Shown here piece by piece: positions 27,921 through 37,593 of a stretch of DNA of 44,749 nt (position 1 is its first letter; every line of letters begins with the position of its first letter). Location of the stretch: NCBI GenBank assembly GCA_034530875.2, contig JAVRCJ020000051.1:1-44749 (forward strand). The letters run 5' to 3'. A program made the position numbers and the translations under genes. The stretch is from Nostoc sp. DedSLP01. Its GTDB lineage: Bacteria; Cyanobacteriota; Cyanobacteriia; Cyanobacteriales; Nostocaceae. Under the pieces are notes generated by a model. The model searched no databases. It was not told the origin of the DNA and saw only the letters and a list, made by a program, of their open reading frames with translations.

Positions 27921-29663
27921 ATGGATCAAATACCCATCTTCAATCAAGGTGATGAATCTCTGCTTTTTGAAAGCAACGATGATGTAGATGAAATTCGAGA
28001 TGATGAATCAGAAGAAGCAAACGTAATTTTTACGGAATTATCGGCTGAGGCGAAACTCAAAATGGAAGTGATTCAAGGTCTAGTTGAACCATGCAATCGC
28101 AAAACTTATGGTCAAAAGTTAAGGGCAGCAGCAGAAAAACTGGGCAAGACAGTACGAACAGTCCAACGTCTGGTCAAAAAGTATCAACAAGACGGTCTAT
28201 GTGCAATTGTTGACACCCAGAGAAATGACAAAGGTAATTATCGAATAGACCCTGAGTGGCAAAAGTTTATTATTACAACTTTTAAAGAAGGCAATAAGGG
28301 TAGCAAAAAAATGACTCCTGCTCAGGTGGCGATGAGAGTCCAAGTCAGAGCAGAACACTTAGGCTTAGAGAAATACCCTAGCCACATGACAGTTTATAGA
28401 GTTCTCAATCCTATCATTGAACGTCAGGAGCAGAAACAAAAACAGAGGAATATTGGATGGCGAGGGTCACGAGTATCTCATAAAACTCGTGATGGACAAA
28501 TTTTAGATGTGCGCTATAGCAATCATGTTTGGCAGTGCGACCATACAAAATTAGATGTCATGTTGGTCGATCAGTATGGTGAACCATTGGCTAGACCTTG
28601 GTTGACGAAGATTACAGACAGTTATTCTCGCTGTATTATGGGTATTCATGTGGGCTTCGATGCACCTAGTTCTCAAGTGGTTGCCCTAGCATTACGTCAT
28701 GCTATTTTGCCAAAGCAATATAGTACAGAATATAAACTTCTTAGCGAATGGGGAACTTATGGCGCACCTGAAAATCTCTTCACTGATGGTGGTAGAGATT
28801 TTCGCTCTGAACACTTAAAACAGATTGGTTTTCAATTAGGCTTTGAGTGCCATCTACGCGATCGCCCCAGTGAAGGTGGTATAGAAGAACGTAGTTTTGG
28901 CACGATTAATACAGAATTTCTCTCTGGTTTCTATGGCTATTTAGGCTCTAATATTCAGCAACGTTCAAAAACAGCAGAGGAAGAAGCCTGCTTAACTTTA
29001 CGGGAATTAAACCTATTACTAGTTCGCTACATTATTGACAACTACAATCAGCGCCTTGATGCACGTACAAAAGACCAAACAAGGTTTCAAAGATGGGAAG
29101 CCGGACTACCTGCTCTACCAAAAATGGTTAAGGAGCGGGAATTAGATATCTGTTTGATGAAGAAGACTCGGCGCAGTATTTACAAGGGTGGATATCTCAG
29201 TTTTGAAAATATCATGTATCGCGGTGACTATCTAGCGGCTTACGCGGGAGAAAGTATTGTAATCAGATATGACCCTAGAGATATTACAACGGTTTGGGTT
29301 TATCGAATAGATAAAGGAAAGGAAGTGCTTCTGTCTGCTGCTCATGCACTGGATTGGGAAACAGAGCAATTATCTCTAGAAGAGGCTAAAGCTGCCAGCC
29401 GAAAAGTTCGCTCTGTTGGTAAAACGCTCAGTAATAAATCCATTTTGGCAGAGATACATGACCGTGATACTTTCATCAAGCAAAAGAAAAAGAGCCAAAA
29501 AGAACGCAAGAAAGAAGAACAAGCTCAAGCTCATTCTGTTTATCAACCCATCAATTTGAGCGAGAGAGAACTGCTAGAAAATTTACAAGAGACACCAAAA
29601 TCTGAAACTCGAAAACCCAGAGTCTTTAACTATGAGCAACTTCGTCAAGATTATGACGATTAG
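27921..29663 (+). CDS. tnsB: TnsB DDE transposase (Mu/Tn7-like, CAST V-K type)
   Basis: HTH AAEKLGKTVRTVQRL; WQCDHT, TDGG, GGIEERSF catalytic region; YDPRDIT C-terminal domain; 580 aa. Confidence 0.95.
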   Translation: MDQIPIFNQGDESLLFESNDDVDEIRDDESEEANVIFTELSAEAKLKMEVIQGLVEPCNRKTYGQKLRAAAEKLGKTVRTVQRLVKKYQQDGLCAIVDTQRNDKGNYRIDPEWQKFIITTFKEGNKGSKKMTPAQVAMRVQVRAEHLGLEKYPSHMTVYRVLNPIIERQEQKQKQRNIGWRGSRVSHKTRDGQILDVRYSNHVWQCDHTKLDVMLVDQYGEPLARPWLTKITDSYSRCIMGIHVGFDAPSSQVVALALRHAILPKQYSTEYKLLSEWGTYGAPENLFTDGGRDFRSEHLKQIGFQLGFECHLRDRPSEGGIEERSFGTINTEFLSGFYGYLGSNIQQRSKTAEEEACLTLRELNLLLVRYIIDNYNQRLDARTKDQTRFQRWEAGLPALPKMVKERELDICLMKKTRRSIYKGGYLSFENIMYRGDYLAAYAGESIVIRYDPRDITTVWVYRIDKGKEVLLSAAHALDWETEQLSLEEAKAASRKVRSVGKTLSNKSILAEIHDRDTFIKQKKKSQKERKKEEQAQAHSVYQPINLSERELLENLQETPKSETRKPRVFNYEQLRQDYDD

Positions 29664-29744
29664 TTTTCATTGTATCTATACAAAAATTTTAGTAAACATA
29701 TTCAGACGCTAAAACATTATTGATTTTTTGCAGCAATCAGAATC

Positions 29745-30581
29745 ATGAAAGACGACTATTGGCAGAAATGGGTACAAAATTTATGGGGAGATGAACCCAT
29801 TCCAGAGGAATTACAGACAGAAGTCGAACGTCTTCTTACTCCCAGTGTTGTGGAATTAGAGCATATACAAAAAATTCATGATTGGTTAGATGGTTTGCGT
29901 CTTTCTAAACAATGTGGTCGAATTGTTGCACCTCCACGAGCAGGTAAATCAGTTACTTGTGATGTCTATAAACTATTGAATAAACCACAAAAACGAGGAG
30001 GTAAAAGAGATATTGTACCTGTTTTGTATATGCAAGTACCGGGAGATTGTTCATCGGGTGAGTTATTGGTTCTGATCCTAGAAAGTTTGAAATATGATGC
30101 AACTTCCGGAAAACTTACTGACCTGAGAAGGCGAGTACAAAGGCTACTCAAAGAATCCAAGGTTGAAATGCTGATTATTGATGAAGCTAATTTTCTGAAA
30201 TTGAATACTTTTAGTGAAATTGCACGAATTTATGACTTATTGAGAATTTCAATTGTTCTTGTTGGTACAGACGGTTTAGACAATCTAATAAAAAAAGAAC
30301 CATACATTCACGATAGATTTATCGAATGTTACAGATTACCTTTGGTATCAGAGAAAAAGTTTCCTGAATTAGTAAAAATTTGGGAAGAAAATGTCTTGTG
30401 TTTGCCCCTTCCATCTAATCTCACAAGAAATGAAACTTTATTACCTCTGTATCAAAAAACAGGCGGCAAAATTGGTTTGGTGGATCGGGTATTGAGAAGA
30501 GCTTCAATCTTAGCCTTGAGAAAAGGATTGAAAAACGTTGATAAAGACACTTTGACTGAAGTTTTGGATTGGTTTGAATAA
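29745..30581 (+). CDS. tnsC: TnsC (TniB-family) AAA+ ATPase
   Basis: Variant Walker A APPRAGKS, Walker B LIIDEA, VLVGT; 278 aa. Confidence 0.93.
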   Translation: MKDDYWQKWVQNLWGDEPIPEELQTEVERLLTPSVVELEHIQKIHDWLDGLRLSKQCGRIVAPPRAGKSVTCDVYKLLNKPQKRGGKRDIVPVLYMQVPGDCSSGELLVLILESLKYDATSGKLTDLRRRVQRLLKESKVEMLIIDEANFLKLNTFSEIARIYDLLRISIVLVGTDGLDNLIKKEPYIHDRFIECYRLPLVSEKKFPELVKIWEENVLCLPLPSNLTRNETLLPLYQKTGGKIGLVDRVLRRASILALRKGLKNVDKDTLTEVLDWFE

Positions 30582-31084
30582 TGGAAATCGGTGCAGAAGA
30601 ACCTCGCGTTTTTGAAGTAGAACCCCTGAATGGAGAAAGCTTAAGTCATTTCTTAGGCCGCTTTCGTCGAGAAAATTATTTAACCTCTAGCCAGTTAGGT
30701 AAATTGACTGGACTCGGTGCAGTTATTTTACGTTGGGAAAAGTTGTACTTGAATCCATTTCCTACTCGACAGGAGTTGGAGGCTTTGGCATCTGTGGTGA
30801 GAGTAGATGCTGATAGATTAACCCAAATGCTATCCTCCAAGGGTGTGACGATGAAGCCTAGACCAATTCGACTATGTGCTGCCTGTTATGCAGAACAGCC
30901 TTGTCATCGAATTGAATGGCAGTTTAAGGAGAAAATGAAATGCGATCGCCACAATTTAGGCTTATTAACAAAATGTACTAACTGTGAAACTCCTTTTCCG
31001 ATTCCCGCAGATTGGTTACAAGGTGAATGCCTTCACTGTTTTTTACCTTTTGCAACAATGGCGAAGCGTCAGAAGCCTCGCTAA
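30581..31084 (+). CDS. tniQ: minimal TniQ target-selection adaptor
   Basis: GESLSHFLGRFRREN; Zn ligands CAAC, CDRH, CTNC, CLHC; 167 aa; start overlaps tnsC stop. Confidence 0.93.
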   Translation: MEIGAEEPRVFEVEPLNGESLSHFLGRFRRENYLTSSQLGKLTGLGAVILRWEKLYLNPFPTRQELEALASVVRVDADRLTQMLSSKGVTMKPRPIRLCAACYAEQPCHRIEWQFKEKMKCDRHNLGLLTKCTNCETPFPIPADWLQGECLHCFLPFATMAKRQKPR

Positions 31085-31264
31085 AGGCAGGCAAATCGCT
31101 TACTAGGATAGATTTCGTGACTGACCTAGAGAACTTGAGGAATGATTCCTGCCAAGTGTAATATTTCAGTGCTATGATAAATAGCTTTTGCATTCTTAAT
31201 GCTAAATAGTGCAAATGTACTATAAAATTAGGGTACACCGAGTATCCGGTTTCGGTTATAAAAT

Positions 31265-32311
31265 ATGGCACGCGGCGAAATTCTCAGAAAACTCTTCAGA
31301 AGCTTCTCTCGCAATGAGAGAGAAGAGTTTTTAGCTGCCGCTAAGGAACTGATTGAAGAAGAAAGAAATAAAAATCATATATTGCTTGCTAGGGATCTGG
31401 AAAAACTGCTTCAAAACGGAAATGGATACACAAAACCCCTAGCTGCTAATCCTACCCCCTGGAACCAGTTTCCTGAACCACCTAAAGACAAGGATACTGG
31501 GCTGGCTTTGCTTGAGGTAAAACAATTCGATCTAACCTGGGATCACATTGTCCTCAGTGAAAAAATTTTTGATATCCTGCAAGAAATTGTCCTCGAAAAC
31601 CGTAAGCAAGACATACTTGCAGCCTATAATCTCAAGCCCAAAAACAAATTACTATTCTGCGGCCCGCCTGGCTGTGGTAAAACCCAAACTGCAAAAGTCC
31701 TCTCCAGCGCACTAGGTCTGCCGCTTGTTTACGTCAACCTAACGGCAGTATTTTCCTCTTATTTAGGTGAAACCGCAACGAATCTTCAGAAGATTTTTAC
31801 CTATATCGAAAAGGGCGAATGGCTTGTTTTGTTTGATGAATTTGATGCGATCGCCCGCGATCGGGATAATTTAAATGAACATGGTGAAGTGAAACGGTTA
31901 GTGAATAGCCTGTTACAACTCATCGATAACGCAACTAATCAAAGTATATTTGTCGCAGCCACTAATCATGAAAAACTTTTAGACAGCGCAGTTTGGCGAC
32001 GATTTGATGAAGTTATTTTTTTTGATAACCCATCACTTGAACTGCGGACGGCTCTTTTAAGCCGTTATTTATCTGCTATCCGTTATACTGCTATTAATCT
32101 GTCTACTTTTGCTGCTCGACTTGATAATGCGACTGGAGCAGATATAGAGCGTATTTGCTCTGATGCAATTAAAGCCGTAATTCTACGGGGTGAACGTACC
32201 TTGACTGCTGATGACTTAGAAGTAGCGATAGCGCGTTTTTTAGAAAGACAAAGTATAATAGCAAACTCAACAGAATCATTGAAGTCGAACCAAAATGGGG
32301 AGCCAGTTTGA
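31265..32311 (+). CDS. AAA+ ATPase (IetA-like)
   Basis: GPPGCGKT, LFDEFD, AATNH, LDSAVWRRFD; overlaps the protease gene by 17 bp. Confidence 0.88.
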   Translation: MARGEILRKLFRSFSRNEREEFLAAAKELIEEERNKNHILLARDLEKLLQNGNGYTKPLAANPTPWNQFPEPPKDKDTGLALLEVKQFDLTWDHIVLSEKIFDILQEIVLENRKQDILAAYNLKPKNKLLFCGPPGCGKTQTAKVLSSALGLPLVYVNLTAVFSSYLGETATNLQKIFTYIEKGEWLVLFDEFDAIARDRDNLNEHGEVKRLVNSLLQLIDNATNQSIFVAATNHEKLLDSAVWRRFDEVIFFDNPSLELRTALLSRYLSAIRYTAINLSTFAARLDNATGADIERICSDAIKAVILRGERTLTADDLEVAIARFLERQSIIANSTESLKSNQNGEPV

Positions 32312-34805
32312 ACACCTGAAATTACCGAGAATAATAAACATTGAATTACCTCGGCGATCTACTGGTGGTTTTGGGGGTAAAAAACGTACTAATGTCAGCG
32401 AACACGGTAAGGAACTATTAGGTCAAATTTCTACTCTAATTGAGCCTGTCAAGCAAAAGACCAGTCCTTTCCGCCTTGATCCAAAATTGATTTTTAAAAT
32501 CAAAGTTGCTGAAAATTATTCTTTTTCAGACAACTTGGTAATTCAAACAGGACTCAATGTCCTAGCACGTGAACCTAATAAAGCCATTGTTGTCTTTTCA
32601 TCTGACAATGAGCTAACTGAATTCAAAAAGCGGTTAGAGAGTTACAGCCAGATTAAAGATGGCCCCAAATATGAATACTTAGGGGCAATTGATGAGCTAG
32701 TTCCCCTCGAACCACAAGATCGCATTGGTCGTTTGTTAGAACTAAAGTCTGTAGAATCAGGTGAACTTGCAGCTTTAGATTTGGAACTTTGGCACACAGG
32801 CGATCGCAAAGAGATGCAAAATTACTTGAATAAGATTGCCCAAGTCCTAGAGGAATTGTCTACTAGTATTGCTCCTATGAGAATGAGTGATAAATATATA
32901 GGTGACTATCTATGTATTGCTCGGATTAAAGTCACTCATGAAGTTTTAGAACTATTGCTGCTTGAGGAAATGGTCAAGGAAATTGACCGCCCTCCCCAAC
33001 CTGGATTTGAGAGAACTGGTGATTATAATCTGCCAATTTCCAATATTCCCGAAGTTGTTCCTCCACCTGAAGATAATTGCGGTATTCTTGTTATCGACTC
33101 TGGTGTACAGCGTGGTCATCCTTTAATTTCTAAGGTACTGGGTGAGGCTGAAGTATTCCCAGATGCAAAACGGCAATTTATAAAAGGTGGCGCGGACGAT
33201 GTACATGGACATGGTACAAGTGTCGCTGGCATTGCTATCTATGGAAATGTTGAGAACTGTATTCAACAGCGTTCATTCGATCCAACAGCTTGGTTATTTT
33301 CTGCTCGTGTAACAGATGAGAATAACAAATATGATGAGGATCTTCTCTTAGAAACTCAACTTGATGAAGCTATTCGTGCTTTTGTTGAACAATATCCTAA
33401 TTGCAAAGTCATAAATATCTCGCTAGGTAACGCGGATCAAATTTACCGAGATGGTTTGAAGCAGTTTCGGCTAGCCGCCAAAATAGATGAAATTGCTTAT
33501 CAATACCAACATAAAAACATTTTGTTTGTAATTTCAGCGGGTAATGCTTTCTATGAAGAGGCAAAGTCAAATGAACAACTACGGACTGACTACCCAAATT
33601 ATCTGCTGAACAAGAATGCTCGAATTATTGATCCAGCAACTTCAGCAATTGCATTGACCGTAGGTTCTTTGTCATTTGGTCGCGGTAGTATTACAGAACC
33701 TTCTGATGTTCGTCGTCAGGCGATCGCAAATTTATCAGGATACCCTTCTCCATTTACCAGGACTGGCTTTGGCGTAGATGGAATGATTAAACCTGATGTT
33801 GTGGACTTTGGTGGAGATTTAGTGTTAGACCTGAGTTATCGAGAAAGTTTAGGTCTACCTAAGGTCAATGTATTGCCAGATAGTGTAGCTGGTGTTTCTG
33901 TTCTAACTCTATGCAAAGATTTCAAAAGTTCTTTATTTCATATCTGTAGTGGTACGAGCTTTGCTGCACCTCGTGTTGCTAACCTTGCTGCTCAACTTTT
34001 TACAAAATACCCAGAAGCCAGTTCTAATTGGATTCGGGCGCTTATTGTTAACTCTGCGGTTCTTCCCAAAGAAATTCCACCTGAATTTCAATGTAATAGT
34101 AAGCAATCTCAGAGTCAAAAGTCAAAGCAAATCGAGAACCAGCTAGCAATCTATGGCTATGGGCAGAGTGATTTAGAACGTGCAATGTATTCTGCTGAGA
34201 ATTACGTTGTTTTATCAGAAGACAATATCTTGATTCCAGTGGGCAAGTTTCATATTTATGAAATTCCCCAATTACCACCTGAATTTTTTACAGTAAAAGG
34301 TACTCGCATACTATCAATTACCTTGGCATTCGATCCACCAACTCGTCCCACTCGTGGAGACTCATATTTAGGAGTCACGATGGAATTTAAGCTATTCAGG
34401 GGGATTGACCGCGAAAGTATTGTGAATGCTTATGTAGATGCTAGCAAAACAGATGTATCTGATAAATTTGCAGAAATCTCTCTGGACATATTGAAGAAAA
34501 AACACAAGGGACATAGCATCGTTTGTAACTTGTCTCCAACTTCCACACTACGGAAGAAAGGAACAGTGCAAAGAGGACAAGTAGAAATAACGTCGAAAGC
34601 TATAAAATATAATAATTTGCCCATGATCCTAGTTGTAAATTGTAACCGTAAATGGGCAAATCCAGATGAAATCGAAATGCAACGTTATGCCTTAGTAGCT
34701 TCCATTAGCCATTCCGATCCTCAAGTTAATTTATACAATAGGATGAAACTTCAGATTAACCAGAGAAGCGATAGAGAACAAGAGCGAGTACGAGGAAGAG
34801 TTTAA
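32295..34805 (+). CDS. S8 subtilisin-like serine protease (IetS-like)
   Basis: Catalytic triad motifs IDSG, HGTSVAG, GTSFAAP; SAGN oxyanion; no signal peptide evident. Confidence 0.9.
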   Translation: MGSQFEHLKLPRIINIELPRRSTGGFGGKKRTNVSEHGKELLGQISTLIEPVKQKTSPFRLDPKLIFKIKVAENYSFSDNLVIQTGLNVLAREPNKAIVVFSSDNELTEFKKRLESYSQIKDGPKYEYLGAIDELVPLEPQDRIGRLLELKSVESGELAALDLELWHTGDRKEMQNYLNKIAQVLEELSTSIAPMRMSDKYIGDYLCIARIKVTHEVLELLLLEEMVKEIDRPPQPGFERTGDYNLPISNIPEVVPPPEDNCGILVIDSGVQRGHPLISKVLGEAEVFPDAKRQFIKGGADDVHGHGTSVAGIAIYGNVENCIQQRSFDPTAWLFSARVTDENNKYDEDLLLETQLDEAIRAFVEQYPNCKVINISLGNADQIYRDGLKQFRLAAKIDEIAYQYQHKNILFVISAGNAFYEEAKSNEQLRTDYPNYLLNKNARIIDPATSAIALTVGSLSFGRGSITEPSDVRRQAIANLSGYPSPFTRTGFGVDGMIKPDVVDFGGDLVLDLSYRESLGLPKVNVLPDSVAGVSVLTLCKDFKSSLFHICSGTSFAAPRVANLAAQLFTKYPEASSNWIRALIVNSAVLPKEIPPEFQCNSKQSQSQKSKQIENQLAIYGYGQSDLERAMYSAENYVVLSEDNILIPVGKFHIYEIPQLPPEFFTVKGTRILSITLAFDPPTRPTRGDSYLGVTMEFKLFRGIDRESIVNAYVDASKTDVSDKFAEISLDILKKKHKGHSIVCNLSPTSTLRKKGTVQRGQVEITSKAIKYNNLPMILVVNCNRKWANPDEIEMQRYALVASISHSDPQVNLYNRMKLQINQRSDREQERVRGRV

Positions 34806-35137
34806 TCGATCGTCCGGCAATGCGAGTCACGGCACTATAACTTTATAAGACAGAAAAATTACAGGTTGACTTGTTTTTAAGGATACGATCGCAGCTCCCA
34901 AGCCAAACTCCACCAGTTCAAGCGATCGCCTCATGAATTTGGCTGCGTAGTACCTGTTTCACCAATAAAAGCTTGTGCAGAGATGGCAGGCTGTAAAAAG
35001 CCGATTTAGGAGGTTTAGATACTCACACTTCTTACCTAACCAAAAGTTTGCCTTGGCTTGTTGCAGCTGCGATTGGATATCGCTTGACAATAAAAATAAA
35101 TAGTTAATCTTTCTATTATAAGTGATAAGATAGATTT

Positions 35138-35205
35138 GTGGGCGAACGTCGGCTTCATGCCGTGTGTCTGGGTAGCTTGTCTGCTTAGACCTAGCCCACT
35201 ACCCA
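35138..35205 (-). ncRNA. candidate structured RNA overlapping the 3' end of the DUF3800 gene
   Basis: Minus-strand GTGGGC...GCCCAC closing stem, CGGC-ATGAA-GCCG hairpin, GTCT/AGAC stems and TGGGTAG/CTACCCA pairing in a GC-rich patch. Confidence 0.45.
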
Positions 35206-36012
35206 CTTTAATTTATCTAGCGACAGTAAATTTGAATCTGTATACCACTCTCCATATCCTTTATTTCGCCGATCATCTAAATCCATAATCATTCTGTATT
35301 TCTGGGCAAGCGGAATAAAATACTTCTCTTCCTGACGTTCATATAATCGCTGTAAAGCCCACAGATAGTAGTCAACAACCTGCAAGCCAGCGAACTCTGA
35401 TGGGTAGGCTGGTTTAATAATTGTTTGACTATCTGAGCAGATTTGCCACTTAGTTTCAAAGTTCTTTTTTGCTTGATTAATAGCTTGTTGCAGTGCTTCT
35501 TCCCGTGCTGTTTTACCGCGTCTAGCAAAAACAATATGATTAGCACTGGCTTTGTGTAATCGATCCTTAAACAATCGTTTCACTAAGTCATCATATATAT
35601 CATCTTGATTTATTTTTTTGCTCAAGGCTTCGTAAGTTTTTTGGGTTGCTAAGGCTAACTCTGCTTTGCATCTGATAGCCACAAATATTTTTACTTCAAA
35701 AGTTTGCATCAGTTTGAAGACTTCCAGCCTAACATCATTGTGATCGTCTTTAGCATGGAAAGTAATTGCAGTTTTTTTGGCAGACGGTTGCATTGAGGGG
35801 ATATCTTTAAAACGTGGATCGTTGCAAAGTTGTGTTCTCAGTTCTGCAAGTTCTAAAATTACCCGTTCTGGTTGACAAATCTGGGCTATACCTACCATAA
35901 AAAACTTAGATGCCCCTGGTTGTCCTACTATAATTCGTCCTTTTTTGTCAAAAAAAGTTAAGTCTCCTGCTTCGTCAACGAAGTAATGGCGAATATTCAC
36001 TTTTTCTTTCAT
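35191..36012 (-). CDS. DUF3800 family protein
   Basis: N-terminal YFVDEAG and C-terminal LQVVDY (DE and QxxD signatures); 273 aa. Confidence 0.85.
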   Translation of the reverse strand: MKEKVNIRHYFVDEAGDLTFFDKKGRIIVGQPGASKFFMVGIAQICQPERVILELAELRTQLCNDPRFKDIPSMQPSAKKTAITFHAKDDHNDVRLEVFKLMQTFEVKIFVAIRCKAELALATQKTYEALSKKINQDDIYDDLVKRLFKDRLHKASANHIVFARRGKTAREEALQQAINQAKKNFETKWQICSDSQTIIKPAYPSEFAGLQVVDYYLWALQRLYERQEEKYFIPLAQKYRMIMDLDDRRNKGYGEWYTDSNLLSLDKLKWVVG

Positions 36013-36298
36013 GCGTAAAACATTTATAGTTTAAATAAATTTACCAGCGTTGGATAAAGCTCCCACCCTTTTTTTAGTGACAATTCGCTTTAGAATGCTT
36101 AAGCATTGATAGCAACAGCACATCAAGTTTTTTTCTCATATCTTCTCTGAGATTATTTCATTGTGTTAGTTTACGCTTGTACCTCATTGAAGTAGCTAAG
36201 ACATAACGCTGTGAGTGAATTGGGAGCAAATGCAAGCGCCAATGTACTATCCATCTCGCAAAACCCAGAGTTGACAGGGCTTTACAGAGATTGCAACT

Positions 36299-36350
36299 AA
36301 AGTATAATTCTAATTTAAAGAATTATACTTTTCAAGAAAAAAGTATAATT
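36299..36350. other. AT-rich inverted repeats (terminator or operator) between fic and DUF3800
   Basis: AAAGTATAATTCT-N7-AGAATTATACTTT plus a third half-site AAAGTATAATT at 36340. Confidence 0.45.
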
Positions 36351-36359
36351 TAAGTAAAT

Positions 36360-37532
36360 TTACTCGCTAATCACTTGTAAAACTTTTGGTGCAATAAATA
36401 TCTTTCCGTAAGAACCTTCACTAGCCTGCACCAGAATACCTGCATTGACGAGCTTTTCAACGTTCTGTTGTGCAGAGCGATAGCTAACATCCATAATTGT
36501 CTGGGCTTGGGTAATTGTGAGAATAGGAGACTCAAACAAGCTGTCTGCAAGACGCAACAATAGGGCTGTGGCACGGGTTTGAGTTAAGTCTTGCCTCCAT
36601 TGCAACTGCAAATCTTGTAACCGTTTCGACCGAACCAAGGCATCTTTAGATTGTTCTGTTACCCCTTGTAGAAAAAATATTAGCCAGTCCCGCCAAGCCC
36701 CACAATGACTGATACTGAGCATTAAATCATAATATCTTTGTCTATGACGTTCAAAAAACGCACTGAGATAAAGTAAGGGTTGGGGTAATAAGTTCCAATG
36801 CAAAAGTAATAATGAGATTAGTAATCGCCCAATACGTCCATTGCCATCAATGAAAGGGTGAATAGCTTCAAATTGATAATGAATTAAACCTATCCGAATA
36901 AGTGGTGGATAGCCACAGTCACTATTAAGATATTTTTCTAATTCCTGAAGGCATTCTTCCATTTCTGGCACAGGTGGAGGAATAAATCGAGCGTCGTTGA
37001 TAGTTAGCCCCTGTACTACAATCCAGTTTTGAAAACGCCGGAATTCTCCAGGAGCCGCTTTTTCTCCCCGCACACCATCTACTAAACGTTCATGGAGTTC
37101 ACACATAAAACGTAAGCAGATAGGCAGAGTTGTGAGTCTTTCTAAGCCATATTCTAAAGTACGTACATAATTCAACACTTCTCTTACATCAGATTCTGGT
37201 GGAGAAGGATTTATACCTGGAATGCTTAACTGTCCGGTTTCATAGGCGTAGAGGTTGGTAATATCTGCTTGGGTTCCCTCAATACGTGAAGACAGCACTG
37301 CCTCCCGGCGAATAAATGGACGGATGAGAAGATTAGGATTGGGCATAGTACGTCCTAACCCTGCAAGTTCACCTAAGGCTCGATCAGCATCAGAAAGTGT
37401 GCGCCAAATTTCTGTATCGAGTTCTAGCACTGGTGGTAAAGGATTAGGAACAAAAGCAAAACAAGGATTTTCTCCTTGTATAATTTGAACTAAACGACCT
37501 GTTGGGGTATTTTGAAAGTCTTCTGGCTTCAT
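36360..37532 (-). CDS. Fic-family protein with N-terminal inhibitory motif and C-terminal HTH-like region
   Basis: HPFIDGNGRIGR catalytic motif; SSRIEG autoinhibitory motif. Confidence 0.92.
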   Translation of the reverse strand: MKPEDFQNTPTGRLVQIIQGENPCFAFVPNPLPPVLELDTEIWRTLSDADRALGELAGLGRTMPNPNLLIRPFIRREAVLSSRIEGTQADITNLYAYETGQLSIPGINPSPPESDVREVLNYVRTLEYGLERLTTLPICLRFMCELHERLVDGVRGEKAAPGEFRRFQNWIVVQGLTINDARFIPPPVPEMEECLQELEKYLNSDCGYPPLIRIGLIHYQFEAIHPFIDGNGRIGRLLISLLLLHWNLLPQPLLYLSAFFERHRQRYYDLMLSISHCGAWRDWLIFFLQGVTEQSKDALVRSKRLQDLQLQWRQDLTQTRATALLLRLADSLFESPILTITQAQTIMDVSYRSAQQNVEKLVNAGILVQASEGSYGKIFIAPKVLQVISE

Positions 37533-37593
37533 ACCGTATTACTATTTTCTGTGCCAACTATTTATTGATAAAAAATCTTGTTCCTGCTTTTCT

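Noticed and set aside
35084..35119. Sigma70 promoter (TTGACA) antisense to DUF3800
   Set aside because: Nearest -10-like hexamers are at 15 and 24 bp spacing, not 16-18
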